NCBI RefSeq assembly: GCF_000039765.1
Contig: NC_004459.3
Span: forward strand, 660,001 to 692,000
Direction of reading: 5' to 3'
Origin: Vibrio vulnificus CMCP6
GTDB taxonomy: Bacteria > Pseudomonadota > Gammaproteobacteria > Enterobacterales > Vibrionaceae
DNA: 32,000 bases
Part shown: in pieces, positions 20,810 through 31,176 of the stretch
Layout of the letters: each line of letters begins with the position of its first letter
How positions within the stretch are numbered: position 1 is the stretch's first letter
The notes under the pieces: generated by a model
Database searches by the model: none
What the model saw: only the letters and a program-made list of their open reading frames with translations
What the model was told of the DNA's origin: nothing
Position numbers and translations under genes: made by a program

Positions 20810-21592
20810 ATGCGACGATATTTACTGCTGATTTTCACCTTATTTTCTGTTGCGAGTTACGCGGCACCAAAGTCGGATCTTTGGCCATATTGGCAACCAT
20901 CCGACGAGCAAAGCACCATCAAAGTGTCTCATCAAGCTTGGCAAACACTACTCGATCACTATTTGATTCGCCAAGGCGAAAATACACTTTTTCGCTATGC
21001 CCAAGTGTCGACACAAGACCATCAGGCCCTTAAGCAATACCTTGCTACGCTGGCTAAGCAAAATCCGCTGACGCTCAACCGCGCAGAGCAATATGCCTAT
21101 TGGGTGAATCTCTACAATGCGATTACCGTTGATCTTATCCTCGACAATTATCCGCTCAAGTCTATTACCAAGTTAGGCGGTTTGTTTAGCTTTGGACCGT
21201 GGAATGAAGAAGTCATCACCATCAATAGTAAGCCGTTAACGCTCAACGACATCGAACATCGTATCTTGCGCCCTATCTGGAATGATCCACGCACCCATTA
21301 TGCGGTCAACTGCGCCAGCCTAGGTTGTCCTAACCTGCAACCACAAGCCTTTACAACCGATAACACACCAGCTTTGCTCGATGCGGCAGCGAAAGAGTTT
21401 ATCAATAGTGCCAAAGGCGTATCACGACAAGGTAATAAAGCGCAGCTCTCTTCCATATACGATTGGTTTGCGGATGATTTTGGTGGAAAAGCGGGATTAT
21501 TTTCCCACATTGGCCGCTATGCGCCACAGTATCAAGATTTTTCTGGTCAAATCGAGTACGACTATGACTGGAATCTCAACCAAGCCCAATAA
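20810..21592 (+). CDS. Secreted DUF547-domain protein
   Basis: The track frame was trimmed to ATG 20810. The signal peptide reads MRRYLLLIFTLFSVASYAAP. DUF547-type core: AYWVNLYNAITV...HYAVNCASLGCPNL. Confidence 0.85.
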   Translation: MRRYLLLIFTLFSVASYAAPKSDLWPYWQPSDEQSTIKVSHQAWQTLLDHYLIRQGENTLFRYAQVSTQDHQALKQYLATLAKQNPLTLNRAEQYAYWVNLYNAITVDLILDNYPLKSITKLGGLFSFGPWNEEVITINSKPLTLNDIEHRILRPIWNDPRTHYAVNCASLGCPNLQPQAFTTDNTPALLDAAAKEFINSAKGVSRQGNKAQLSSIYDWFADDFGGKAGLFSHIGRYAPQYQDFSGQIEYDYDWNLNQAQ

Positions 21593-21597
21593 ACGCA

Positions 21598-21627
21598 GAA
21601 AGGCCGATATACGGCCTTTCTCTCTTT
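21598..21627 (+). terminator. First of two tandem hairpins between convergent DUF547 gene and djlA
   Basis: gaaaggccg(atata)cggcctttc followed by tctctcttta. Confidence 0.5.
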
Positions 21628-21643
21628 ATATGAATGAGAACAA

Positions 21644-21671
21644 ACAGGCGATCTCATCGTCCTGTTTTTTT
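21644..21671. terminator. Second hairpin with T7 on the plus strand; also follows the djlA stop on the minus strand
   Basis: acaggcgat (21644-21652) pairs with atcgtcctgt (21656-21665, one bulge), followed by T7 (21665-21671). On the minus strand the same stem is followed by uuguucucauu. Confidence 0.6.
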
Positions 21672-21676
21672 GTTGG

Positions 21677-22540
21677 CTACTTGAAGCCTTTTTCTTTCTT
21701 AATAAGATCGTAAGCACTTTGAATTTCTTGCGATTTTTCTTTCGCCATATTCATCATTTCTGGCGGTAGACCTTTTGCCATCAATTTATCAGGGTGGTGC
21801 TCATTCATTAACTTACGATAAGCGCGCTTCACCTCTTTGCCATCGGCATTGGCGTCAATGCCCAAGATCTTATAGGCATCCGCGAGACGGTCAGTTTGCG
21901 ACGCTTGCTGCCAGCCACCGTGAGAAGATGAGTGATGAGATTGATGCTGTTGTCCCCCAAATCCGCCCTGACGTTGGAAACGAAATGCCGCTTCTTGCAT
22001 CTGCAAACGACGCTCGAGCTGTTCAGACGAAAATCCTAAACCTCGCGCAATCTTGTGCAATACATTTCGTTCACTTGGATGCACATCGCCATCGGCAAAA
22101 GCCGCAGAGATCTGTAATTCCAAAAAGAACTGCAATAAATCAAAACGGCCACTAGTGGCAATTTTAACTCTCTCTAAGACTTGTTCCAGAGGGAAATCAC
22201 GTTCTTTACCTTCACGAAACGCATCTTGCGCTGCTCTGCGCTGTTCGCCATGCAAGCTCATTCGATCCATCATTGCACTGGCAAGTTGGATCTCTTCCTT
22301 GGTGACTTGGCCTTTTGCTTTAGCTACATGCCCCATAACAGCAAAAGCGGACTTAAAAAACTCCTCTTGTCGCTGAGCTTGACTTGGTCCTTGGCCAAAA
22401 CCTGCGGTTTTAAAGCCCGCTTGACTCAAGCGTCGTGCTTTGTCGAACTGGTGACCAATAAATAAACCGAACAGCGCCCCAAACACCCCGCCGAACAAAA
22501 AACCAAAAAAGGCACCAAGAATTTTGCCAAAAATCTGCAT
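21677..22540 (-). CDS. djlA: Membrane-anchored DnaJ-like co-chaperone DjlA
   Basis: 287 aa. The N-terminal TM is MQIFGKILGAFFGFLFGGVFGALFGLFIGHQFDKARR (compare E. coli DjlA). The C-terminal J domain reads DAYKILGIDANADGKEVKRAYRKLMNEHHPDKL. Confidence 0.92.
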   Translation of the reverse strand: MQIFGKILGAFFGFLFGGVFGALFGLFIGHQFDKARRLSQAGFKTAGFGQGPSQAQRQEEFFKSAFAVMGHVAKAKGQVTKEEIQLASAMMDRMSLHGEQRRAAQDAFREGKERDFPLEQVLERVKIATSGRFDLLQFFLELQISAAFADGDVHPSERNVLHKIARGLGFSSEQLERRLQMQEAAFRFQRQGGFGGQQHQSHHSSSHGGWQQASQTDRLADAYKILGIDANADGKEVKRAYRKLMNEHHPDKLMAKGLPPEMMNMAKEKSQEIQSAYDLIKKEKGFK

Positions 22541-22687
22541 TTGTGAGTTCTCTATCTATGAATTTTTCCCGTCATTGACGGTCATATAGTGCTGGAAGCA
22601 CGGATTTCCTTTATGATAAGGCAATCATTTTTTCACCATGGCCATCATAGAGCCATCGAGCAGCAGTGACATAGGATAGTTCCTTTA

Positions 22688-25018
22688 ATGCAACATTTCT
22701 CCCGGACATTTTTAGCGGCTTCAATTGCCACCGCTCTGTTTGCCCCCTACGCTCAAGCTGAAGCGATATTAAACAACAGTGTGCAGGAAATGCCCACTAC
22801 AGATCAATGCTTGGTCGACGCTGAAAAAAATGATGCGAATGCTGAAATCGTGATTCAAGCGGATAACCTGCAAGCCATCAATGGTGACAAAGCCATTTAC
22901 TCGGGCGATGTTGAAGTCACTCAAGGCAACAAAAAAATTACGGCAGAATCGGTCACCTTGCATCAACAAGAAAACATTGTTGTGGCAGAAGGTAATGTCA
23001 CTTTCAATGATGGCGAAGTCAAAGCAAGCTCTAGCAAAGTCACCAATAATATGACGTCAGAGACCTTCTCGCTAGAAAATACTGAATATCAGTTTCTTTG
23101 CCAGCAAGGACGAGGCCAAGCTGCCTACATCGCAAAAACAGGCCAAGCGGTTTACGAATTAGAAGATGGCTCTATCACCTCTTGTCCTGCGGATGACAAC
23201 GCATGGCGTTTGGTCGCATCCAGTATTGAAGTTGATCAAAATGAAGAAACCGCAACGTTCTACCACCCACGGTTTGAAGTGCTCGACGTACCGGTTTTTT
23301 ATGCTCCCTACCTTACTCTACCGATCGGCAATACTCGTAAAACGGGTTTTCTTTTCCCATCAGTGAACTATGGTTCTAGCGATGGTTTAGAAATCGAAGT
23401 TCCTTTCTACTGGAACATTGCACCTAACTACGATTTAACGCTCACTACACTCTACATGCAACAGCGTGGGGTGAAGCAAGATGCTGACTTCCGCTATCTA
23501 AGCGATGGCTGGGGGGCTGGTGAACTCAAAGGTGAATACTTACCTGGGGATGAAAAATACAACGATGAAGATCGTTGGGGTTATCAGTACAAACATGATG
23601 GCATCATCAATAAGCAGTGGTTGGTTTCTCTCGACTACTCTCAAGTCAGTGATATCGATTACTTCCGGGACTTGAGCTCCGATCTAGGTAACCGAGAAGA
23701 CGGTCAACTGATGCAACAAGGCAAAGTGGCTTACCGCTCAGACTTTTGGGATATGTCGCTGCAAGTGCGAGATTTCCAAATCTTATTGCAAGATAACAAT
23801 CAACCTTATCGACTGCTGCCGCAGGTGAAGTTCAACTTTTACACTCCACTGCTTGGCAATTATCTCAACTTTGACGTTAAAAGTGAGTTAACGCAATTTG
23901 ACATTCAAGATGCCTCGAAACCGAATGCACTGCGTGCGCACGTAGAGCCAGGTTTAACCATTCCCCTCTCGACCAGTTGGGCAACATGGACGACCGAAGC
24001 ACGTCTTTTAGCCACCTACTATCAGCAAGATCTTGATAGATTAACCGACCCAACGCTGAAGTCTCAGTTGGATGAAACCGTTGCGCGTGTCATTCCTGAA
24101 TACCGCTCTCATGCTCGTATTTATCTTGAGCGTGAAGCGAAACTCTTTGAAGGCTACACGCAAAGTTTGGAGCCACAAATTCAGTACCTCTATGTACCGG
24201 AAGAAGAACAGGGCAATATCTACAACTACGATACGACGCTGCTACAAACCGATTATTACGGCCTCTTCCGCAGTCGTAAGTACAGTAGTATCGACAAAAT
24301 CGCCGCAGCAAACCAACTGAGTTATGGTGCCAGTACTCGCTTCTTTGACGATGAGTACAAAGAGCGTTTGAACATCTCTTTCGGTCAAATTTACTACATT
24401 GACAAGAAAACCAAATTGACTGGTAACCAAGAAGAAACGTCAAACTATTCCTCTTGGGCCGTAGAGACCGATTTCAACTACGAAGACTTTTTGTTCTATC
24501 ACGGAGGCATCCAATACGACATCGATCTCAATGCGATGCAGTTGGCCAACAGCACCTTGGAATACCAGTTTACCGATGGCTTTATTCAAGGTAATTATCG
24601 CTATGTCACCAAAGATTACATCGAAGATACCATCAGCTTTGATGAGTTAGACAAGATTACCCGCAAAGGCATTTCACAAGCGGGGATTGTTGGGGCCTAC
24701 AATATTAATCGCCATTGGTCTGCGAGCGGTCAGTATTATTACGATTTGACCGAAGAGATCGACTTGGAATGGATGGCTAGTTTGCGTTACCAATCAGATT
24801 GTTGGTATATCGGTTTTACTTACACCAACCAATTAGTGAAATGGCGCAATGATGTGGTCGGCGGCGATAGTAACAATCCGGTCTACGATACCAACATTAG
24901 CGTAAACTTTGGTATTCAAGGTTTTGCTACTAAGAACAAAGCAGAAACTGCTGCAAAAGAATTGGATAGCACAGATAACGCGATTACCTACGGTCGCCCT
25001 TTCTATCTGAATAATTAG
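22688..25018 (+). CDS. lptD: LPS-assembly outer membrane protein LptD
   Basis: 776 aa. Signal peptide [24 protein letters not shown], then an OstA-like N-terminal domain ([32 protein letters not shown]) and a large beta-barrel. Conserved position upstream of surA. Confidence 0.95.
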   Translation: MQHFSRTFLAASIATALFAPYAQAEAILNNSVQEMPTTDQCLVDAEKNDANAEIVIQADNLQAINGDKAIYSGDVEVTQGNKKITAESVTLHQQENIVVAEGNVTFNDGEVKASSSKVTNNMTSETFSLENTEYQFLCQQGRGQAAYIAKTGQAVYELEDGSITSCPADDNAWRLVASSIEVDQNEETATFYHPRFEVLDVPVFYAPYLTLPIGNTRKTGFLFPSVNYGSSDGLEIEVPFYWNIAPNYDLTLTTLYMQQRGVKQDADFRYLSDGWGAGELKGEYLPGDEKYNDEDRWGYQYKHDGIINKQWLVSLDYSQVSDIDYFRDLSSDLGNREDGQLMQQGKVAYRSDFWDMSLQVRDFQILLQDNNQPYRLLPQVKFNFYTPLLGNYLNFDVKSELTQFDIQDASKPNALRAHVEPGLTIPLSTSWATWTTEARLLATYYQQDLDRLTDPTLKSQLDETVARVIPEYRSHARIYLEREAKLFEGYTQSLEPQIQYLYVPEEEQGNIYNYDTTLLQTDYYGLFRSRKYSSIDKIAAANQLSYGASTRFFDDEYKERLNISFGQIYYIDKKTKLTGNQEETSNYSSWAVETDFNYEDFLFYHGGIQYDIDLNAMQLANSTLEYQFTDGFIQGNYRYVTKDYIEDTISFDELDKITRKGISQAGIVGAYNINRHWSASGQYYYDLTEEIDLEWMASLRYQSDCWYIGFTYTNQLVKWRNDVVGGDSNNPVYDTNISVNFGIQGFATKNKAETAAKELDSTDNAITYGRPFYLNN

Positions 25019-25068
25019 TACTTTTGATGACCTTATCGAAAGAGACAAAACGTTATATGGATTACAAA

Positions 25069-26355
25069 ATGAACATTTGGAAAACCCTTTTACTTGGCAT
25101 GCTGGTCACTGGCAGCGCCGTTTCTGCTCCTGTTGAGCTAGATAAGGTCGCCGTGATCGTCAACGATGGTGTGATCTTACAAAGTGATATTGATACCGCG
25201 ACCAAAACCTTGCGCGCTAACGCGAAAAAAAGCGGACAAGCCCTACCCGATGCTGACGTGCTAAACGAACAAATCGTCGATAAATTGATCATCGATACAC
25301 TGCAAACACAAGAAGCCGACCGCATTGGCGTGCGCATTGATGATACACGTCTCAATCAAGCAATTGAGGAAATCGCACGCAACAATAATCAAACCATCGA
25401 CGAACTCTCGGCGGCCATTGCCAGCGAAGGAGTGAGTTACGCAGAGTTTCGCGAACAAATTCGTAAAGAGATGGCGGCATCTGAAGCACGAAATGCCTTG
25501 GTGAGACGTCGTATCAATATTTTGCCGGCAGAAGTGGATAACCTCGCTGAACTGCTATCGAAAGAAACCAACGCTAGCGTTGAGTATCGTATTGGTCACA
25601 TTCAGTTGCGTTTTACTGATGGGCAAGACAAATCGGCCTTGGAAGCACAAGCGAAAGAGCTAGTTGAAAAGCTCAAGCAAGGGGCTGATTTCAGCACCAT
25701 GGCTTACACTTATTCCAAAGGACCAAAAGCACTGCAAGGCGGTGATTGGGGTTGGATGCGTAAAGAAGAGATGCCAACCATTTTTGCTGACCAAATCAAG
25801 ATGCAAAATAAAGGCAGCATCATTGGTCCATTCCGCAGTGGTGTTGGTTTTCATATTTTAAAAATTGAAGACGTAAAAGGGTTGGAAACCGTTGCGGTCA
25901 CCGAGGTGAATGCACGACATATTCTGTTAAAACCAACGGTCATTTTGAGCGATGAAGGTGCTCAGCGCGAACTGAATGAGTTCATCCGTCGAATTCGCGC
26001 AGGTGAAGCAACCTTTGGTGAGTTGGCGCAGCAATACAGCCAAGACCCAGGTTCCGCAGCACAAGACGGTGAGTTGGGCTATCAAACACCCGACCTCTAT
26101 GTGCCCGAGTTTAAGCACCAAGTTGAAACATTGCCGGTAGGAACCATCAGTGAACCCTTTAAGACCGTGCATGGCTGGCATATTGTTGAAGTGCTTGACC
26201 GCCGTGAAGTCGACCGCACCGACTCTGCGATGAAAAATAAGGCCTATCGCATCCTCTTTAATCGTAAATTCAACGAGGAAGTCGGCGCTTGGATGCAAGA
26301 GCTTCGAGCAGGTGCGTTTGTCGAAATCATCAACGAGGAAGAAAACGATGGTTAA
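25069..26355 (+). CDS. surA: Periplasmic chaperone / PPIase SurA
   Basis: The track frame was trimmed to ATG 25069. [42 protein letters not shown] parallels E. coli MKNWKTLLLG...VDKVAAVVNNGVVLESDVD. 428 aa with two parvulin repeats. Confidence 0.93.
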   Translation: MNIWKTLLLGMLVTGSAVSAPVELDKVAVIVNDGVILQSDIDTATKTLRANAKKSGQALPDADVLNEQIVDKLIIDTLQTQEADRIGVRIDDTRLNQAIEEIARNNNQTIDELSAAIASEGVSYAEFREQIRKEMAASEARNALVRRRINILPAEVDNLAELLSKETNASVEYRIGHIQLRFTDGQDKSALEAQAKELVEKLKQGADFSTMAYTYSKGPKALQGGDWGWMRKEEMPTIFADQIKMQNKGSIIGPFRSGVGFHILKIEDVKGLETVAVTEVNARHILLKPTVILSDEGAQRELNEFIRRIRAGEATFGELAQQYSQDPGSAAQDGELGYQTPDLYVPEFKHQVETLPVGTISEPFKTVHGWHIVEVLDRREVDRTDSAMKNKAYRILFNRKFNEEVGAWMQELRAGAFVEIINEEENDG

Positions 26356-27334
26356 ACGCTTAGTGGTGACAGCTGGAGAACCCGCTGGCATTGGTCCCGA
26401 TCTTGTTCTCGCTTTATCAAAAGAGCATTGGCCACACCAGTTAGTGGTGTGTGCAGATAAAAAAATGCTCGCCCAACGTGCAGAGCAATTGGGGATTAAC
26501 GTTACCCTGCTTGATTATGATGCTTCAACTGCCCCCTCCCCCCAACAAGCGGGGACATTAGTGGTCGAGCATATCGATATGCCGAGCACTTGTGTGGCAG
26601 GGCAGCTCAATGAAGAGAATGGTCATTATGTATTAAAAACGCTGGAAAGAGCCGCTTTAGGCTGTATGAAAAGCGAATTTGATGCTATTGTCACCGGCCC
26701 TGTTCACAAGGGGGTGATTAACCGAGCTGGGGTTGCTTTTAGCGGCCATACCGAGTTTTTTGCCGAGCTATCAAACACGCCTCTTGTGGTCATGATGTTA
26801 GCCACCGAAGGCTTAAGAGTAGCGCTTGTCACGACACATATTCCATTGGCGTATGTGTCGAAAGCGGTCACTGCAGAGCGATTGCTGAAGATCATCGATA
26901 TTTTGCATCGCGACTTAGTAGAAAAATTCGCCATTGCCGAGCCTAAGATTTACGTGTGTGGACTAAACCCGCACGCAGGAGAGGACGGATGCTTAGGCCG
27001 TGAAGAGATTGAAACCATCACGCCGACGCTGGAAAAAATTCGTCAAGAAAAAGGAATCCATCTGCTAGGCCCATTGCCAGCAGACACCATTTTCAATGAA
27101 AAATATTTAAACGATGCCGATGCTGTTCTAGGAATGTATCACGACCAAGTCTTGCCTGTGTTGAAATACAAGGGATTTGGTCAGTCGGTCAACATTACTC
27201 TTGGTCTACCCTTTATAAGAACATCGGTAGATCACGGAACTGCACTCGATTTAGCCGGGACTGGCCAAGCGGATACAGGGAGCTTCCGAACAGCACTTCA
27301 GCATGCGATAGAACTGGTAGAGAAAAAACAATGA
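26348..27334 (+). CDS. pdxA: 4-hydroxythreonine-4-phosphate dehydrogenase
   Basis: The track frame was trimmed to ATG 26348, which overlaps the surA stop by 8 nt (ATGGTTAA). 328 aa, [19 protein letters not shown]...GLNPHAGE...SVDHGTA. Confidence 0.93.
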   Translation: MVKRLVVTAGEPAGIGPDLVLALSKEHWPHQLVVCADKKMLAQRAEQLGINVTLLDYDASTAPSPQQAGTLVVEHIDMPSTCVAGQLNEENGHYVLKTLERAALGCMKSEFDAIVTGPVHKGVINRAGVAFSGHTEFFAELSNTPLVVMMLATEGLRVALVTTHIPLAYVSKAVTAERLLKIIDILHRDLVEKFAIAEPKIYVCGLNPHAGEDGCLGREEIETITPTLEKIRQEKGIHLLGPLPADTIFNEKYLNDADAVLGMYHDQVLPVLKYKGFGQSVNITLGLPFIRTSVDHGTALDLAGTGQADTGSFRTALQHAIELVEKKQ

Positions 27335-28137
27335 GAAATGATGTCCATATGGGGCACAAAGCGCGTAAACGCTTTGGTCAGAACTTCCTTAACGATCCAT
27401 ACATTATTGATGGTATCGTCTCGGCCATTAACCCAAGACCGGGACAAAACCTGGTTGAAATCGGTCCTGGTTTAGGCGCGATTACCGAGCCAGTTGGCCG
27501 CGAAGTGGACAAATTCACCGTTATCGAACTTGACCGAGATTTGGCGGAGCGCCTTCGTACTCATCCAGAATTGGCAGACAAACTGACGATTCATGAAGGG
27601 GATGCGATGCGTTTTGATTTCACTCAATTAGTGAAACCAAACAATAAGTTACGTATTTTTGGTAACCTACCTTACAACATTTCAACACCGCTGATGTTCC
27701 ACCTATTTGAATTTCATAAAGACATTCAAGACATGCACTTTATGTTGCAAAAAGAAGTGGTGAACCGCCTTGCTGCAGGTCCGGGTAGCAAAGCCTATGG
27801 TCGTCTAACGGTGATGGCACAATACTACTGTAAAGTGGTACCCGTGTTGGAAGTACCACCAACCGCCTTTGTACCACCACCGAAAGTCGACTCAGCAGTG
27901 GTTCGCCTCGTTCCTTACGAGACATTACCTCACCCAGCAAATAACCTACAATGGCTAGAACGCGTCTGCCGCGAAGGCTTTAACCAACGCCGCAAAACCG
28001 TGCGTAACTGTTATAAGTCGCTGATGAGTGAGCAAGTTCTTGAAGAACTCGGGGTAAACCCTGGCATGCGTCCAGAGAATCTGACGCTGCAGCAATTTGT
28101 GGCGATGGCAAACTGGCTGGATGCTAACCATAAATAA
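27331..28137 (+). CDS. rsmA: 16S rRNA (adenine1518/1519-N6)-dimethyltransferase
   Basis: 268 aa. [15 protein letters not shown]...[13 protein letters not shown]...[11 protein letters not shown]. There is a 4-nt ATGA overlap with pdxA. Confidence 0.96.
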   Translation: MRNDVHMGHKARKRFGQNFLNDPYIIDGIVSAINPRPGQNLVEIGPGLGAITEPVGREVDKFTVIELDRDLAERLRTHPELADKLTIHEGDAMRFDFTQLVKPNNKLRIFGNLPYNISTPLMFHLFEFHKDIQDMHFMLQKEVVNRLAAGPGSKAYGRLTVMAQYYCKVVPVLEVPPTAFVPPPKVDSAVVRLVPYETLPHPANNLQWLERVCREGFNQRRKTVRNCYKSLMSEQVLEELGVNPGMRPENLTLQQFVAMANWLDANHK

Positions 28138-28149
28138 ATCTATCGGTAT

Positions 28150-28180
28150 GAGAGTGAGCATAGACTCACTCTCTGCTTTT
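28150..28180 (+). terminator. Intra-operon terminator-like hairpin between rsmA and apaG
   Basis: gagagtgag (28150-28158) pairs with ctcactctc (28165-28173), a 9-bp stem with a 6-nt loop, followed by tgcttttcc. Confidence 0.45.
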
Positions 28181-28196
28181 CCAACACGGAGTCAGC

Positions 28197-28577
28197 ATGG
28201 ACGTATCTCAACCCCGTATCCAAATTCAAGTTCACACCAAATACGTCGAAGAACAATCCAATCCTGAACTTGCTCGCTATATCTTCGCTTACATCATTAC
28301 CATTAAAAACCACAGTTCAGAGAGCGTGCAACTGCTTAGTCGACGCTGGTTGATCACCGATGCCAATGGCAAACAGATCTCTGTCGAAGGCGATGGCGTC
28401 GTCGGCCAACAACCGTTTATCGACGCTGGTGATGAGTACACTTACAGCAGTGGCACCGCATTAGACACCCCAGTTGGCGTCATGCAAGGTCAATACATCA
28501 TGCACGACGCTCAAGGCAAAGAATTTGTCGTCGAAATTGAACCTTTCCGCCTCGCGGTTCCCAACATTCTTAACTGA
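28197..28577 (+). CDS. apaG: ApaG (DUF525) protein
   Basis: 126 aa. [33 protein letters not shown]...[14 protein letters not shown]...FRLAVP. Colinear with E. coli ApaG. Confidence 0.95.
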   Translation: MDVSQPRIQIQVHTKYVEEQSNPELARYIFAYIITIKNHSSESVQLLSRRWLITDANGKQISVEGDGVVGQQPFIDAGDEYTYSSGTALDTPVGVMQGQYIMHDAQGKEFVVEIEPFRLAVPNILN

Positions 28578-28591
28578 TTTGAGGCAATAAT

Positions 28592-29401
28592 TTGGCAAAC
28601 TATATTGTTGGAGACATCCAAGGCTGTTTTGATGAATTGATGCTGCTATTAGCGCAGTGCCAGTTCGATAAAAACCAGGATACACTCTGGGTCGCTGGTG
28701 ATTTGGTCGCGCGCGGACCAAAGTCATTAGAAACACTGAGATTTATCAAATCACTCGGCAACAGTGCCAAAGTGGTTCTGGGTAACCACGATCTCCATCT
28801 CATGGCCGTATCTCTGGGGATTCGCAATAACAAAGCCAAAGACAAAACAGCGCCAATTTTTGCAAGTGAAGATGGTAATGAACTCCTCCACTGGCTGCGC
28901 CAGCAACCGCTTCTTGCAGAACATCCCGAATTTGTCGTTTGCCACGCAGGCATCTCGCCTCAATGGGATCTTGCGACAGCACGTTTGTGTGCCGAGGAAG
29001 TAGAAAGCCTGCTGCGCAGCGAAAATTACCGCTGGCTGATTGAGAACATGTACTGTAACCAACCCGATCTCTGGCAGGACAATCTCTCCGGTTTGGATCG
29101 CTACCGTTACATCATCAATGCCTTTACACGCATGCGCTTTTGCTTTGCCGATGGGCGTTTGGATATGGATTGCAAACTGCCACCATCAGAAGTGAAAGAA
29201 AGCGAACTGATGCCTTGGTTTACACTGCCACAGCGTAGAGCACTTGATAAACCCGTTTTATTTGGTCATTGGGCGGCTTTAGAAGGCTATATCAGCGAAG
29301 AAGTGATTGGACTAGATACAGGCTGCGTTTGGAATGGCAGCCTGACTATGATCCGCTGGGAAGACAAACAAGTATTTAGTCAGAAGGCACTAGAAAACTA
29401 G
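28592..29401 (+). CDS. apaH: Bis(5'-nucleosyl)-tetraphosphatase, symmetrical (Ap4A hydrolase)
   Basis: 269 aa with a TTG start at 28592, 7 nt after GAGG (28581-28584). There is an in-frame TGA at 28580-28582, and the first in-frame ATG lies downstream of the conserved motif I. The sequence reads (M)ANYIVGDIQGCFDEL...GDLVARGP...GNHDLH... Confidence 0.93.
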   Translation: MANYIVGDIQGCFDELMLLLAQCQFDKNQDTLWVAGDLVARGPKSLETLRFIKSLGNSAKVVLGNHDLHLMAVSLGIRNNKAKDKTAPIFASEDGNELLHWLRQQPLLAEHPEFVVCHAGISPQWDLATARLCAEEVESLLRSENYRWLIENMYCNQPDLWQDNLSGLDRYRYIINAFTRMRFCFADGRLDMDCKLPPSEVKESELMPWFTLPQRRALDKPVLFGHWAALEGYISEEVIGLDTGCVWNGSLTMIRWEDKQVFSQKALEN

Positions 29402-29449
29402 AAAACTAGAAAACTAGAAAACTAGAAAACTAGAAAACTAGAAAACTAG
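29390..29449. repeat. Perfect tandem repeat, 8-bp unit CTAGAAAA x 7.5
   Basis: Counted directly: units start at 29390, 29398, 29406, 29414, 29422, 29430 and 29438, plus a partial ctag at 29446-29449. The repeat contains the apaH stop (TAG 29399-29401) and the folA stop (cta 29446-29448). Confidence 0.97.
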
Positions 29450-29934
29450 CAATTAACTCTTTCTAAAATAACAAAATCCATCGCGTAGCGATTTTTCTCA
29501 TCAGCAGAATAGTGTTCGCGATGGCTCTCGCACCATTGCTCCCCCCAATCAGGAAACTGAGTATCGCCATCAATAGTGGCATCGATAAACGTCAGATAGA
29601 GTTTGTCTGCTTTTGGTAAACACTCAGCGTAAATTGAACCGCCACCGATGATCATCACTTCATCTGCATCCCCCGCTAACGCTAAAGCATGCGCAATCGA
29701 GTTGGCCATAGTGACCCCCTCAATAACCAAGCTTTCGTCACGACTAATCACTATATTCAATCGCCCTGGCAACGGACGTCCGATCGAATCATACGTTTTA
29801 CGCCCCATCACGATCGGTTTCCCCATCGTGCAGCGTTTGAACCAAGCAAAATCTGCGGGAAGATGCCAAGGCATCTGGTTATCTTTACCAATGATTCTTT
29901 GCTTTGCCATCGCGGCAATCATACTGATGATCAT
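29446..29934 (-). CDS. folA: Dihydrofolate reductase
   Basis: 162 aa. MIISMIAAMAKQRIIGKDNQMPWHLPADFAWFKRCTMGKPIVMGRKTYDSIGRPLPGR is colinear with E. coli FolA. The SD AAGGAAGAGAG fills the 9-nt gap after the yjjB-like stop. Confidence 0.96.
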   Translation of the reverse strand: MIISMIAAMAKQRIIGKDNQMPWHLPADFAWFKRCTMGKPIVMGRKTYDSIGRPLPGRLNIVISRDESLVIEGVTMANSIAHALALAGDADEVMIIGGGSIYAECLPKADKLYLTFIDATIDGDTQFPDWGEQWCESHREHYSADEKNRYAMDFVILERVNC

Positions 29935-29943
29935 CTCTCTTCC

Positions 29944-30420
29944 TTACACTATTGGTCTGCGGCGGTAGAATAACAGCCCAGGAACGGCAAGGCCAACCGC
30001 CAGTCCCGCAATGATGAACATCGCTTTTAAAAAGTTTTCCATACAAACCGCCACCAACTCTGGGGTATAGCCAAGATGATTGATCTCCACCATTGCGATC
30101 ATGGCTTTAAAAGTGAATACGCCGGGAACCATTGGAATCAATGCCGCGACAGTAAACACCTTCGGGTGCGCTAACAAACGCCGTGACCAGTACACACCAA
30201 TCATCCCGACTAACGTAGCCGCAAAAAACGTCGCCCATTCAATCGGAATGCCAAATTTCATCATTAAATATCGACTGCCATGACCAATGGCTCCGCCGAG
30301 CGCACAATAAATTAACGCTCTCGGTGGCACATTGAACACCAATTCAAACCCAACCGCAGGAATCGCGGCAAAAAACATATCGTTGAGTAAACCGACTAGC
30401 AATTCCATTAGCTCGACCAT
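29944..30420 (-). CDS. yjjB: ThrE-family exporter small subunit (YjjB-like)
   Basis: Four-TM hydrophobic protein. ...LLNDMFFAAIPAVGFELVFNVPPRAL...AHPKVFTVAALIPMVPG resembles E. coli YjjB as recalled. The start is uncertain: ATG 30420 was chosen by length; ATG 30408 (TAATG overlap with the yjjP-like stop) and TTG 30426 are alternatives. Confidence 0.8.
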   Translation of the reverse strand: MVELMELLVGLLNDMFFAAIPAVGFELVFNVPPRALIYCALGGAIGHGSRYLMMKFGIPIEWATFFAATLVGMIGVYWSRRLLAHPKVFTVAALIPMVPGVFTFKAMIAMVEINHLGYTPELVAVCMENFLKAMFIIAGLAVGLAVPGLLFYRRRPIV

Positions 30421-31176
30421 CCCCAAATACCCGTTACACTCATCGCCGCGACAATCCCTAAGCTGGTCGCCAACGTCAGTAAACTCGCCATAACGAAGCG
30501 AGCAATCCCCATATTGATATGGCCTTTAAGCATATCAGCAACCGAGTTAATCAATGGAAAACCAGGAACCAGCATTAACACAGAAGACGCCATCACCACC
30601 GTCGGCAAGTTGCCAATTTCAAGAATGACCGCTTGTGCAGAGATAAGGGTGGTCACGAACGCCGTTGCAGCAAAGTTCAAAAGTGGGTTGAAATGACGAT
30701 GTCCGATTTCTTGACGAACGATCATGCCGCAAGCCGAAGCCAAAAATGTCATAGCAAACACGGCCCAATCTCCCCCCGCTAAACGAGCAAAAGAGGCGCA
30801 AGAGATGCCGATCATAAACACCACCAACCAGCGGTTGTAACGCTCTGGACTGATATTATTCAGTTTTCTCTGAGCCATCATCGGATCAAGCACCCCTTTT
30901 TCCATCATGATGCAAATCCGCTGAATCTCGGTGACCGCTTTCATATTGATACCACGATCGACGCAGCTGCGCGTGGTGGTAATGCAGTGACCATCCATCA
31001 CAGTGGTGACAACCAATGCGTTGGCAGAGAGCGCCACTTCGACTTCACTGACGCCAGATGCAATACCAATGCGGCGCATAATATCGCCCACCAAGGTACT
31101 TTCCGCTCCATGCGCTAATAACATCTGCCCCCGCTTGTGCGACCAGCCGAGAGATGGCTCGCTGTGTTGATGCCAT
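30408..31176 (-). CDS. yjjP: ThrE-family exporter large subunit (YjjP-like, DUF1212), interrupted by an apparent 1-nt frameshift at a C5/G5 run (pseudogene or sequencing error)
   Basis: The long frame (30408..31181 in the track) has only a TTG with no SD spacing. ATG 31176 has AGGAAG 5 nt upstream and encodes MASTQRAISRLVAQAG in the adjacent frame, which ends at 31045. Removing one G from the run at 31128-31132 fuses this to QMLLAHGAESTLVGDIMRRIG..., giving 255 aa. Confidence 0.7.

Noticed and set aside
29390-29449. The tandem repeat considered as a CRISPR array or a coding repeat.
   Set aside because: The units are 8 bp and directly abutting, with no spacers. Stops occur in every frame on both strands. 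It is a simple microsatellite/VNTR.
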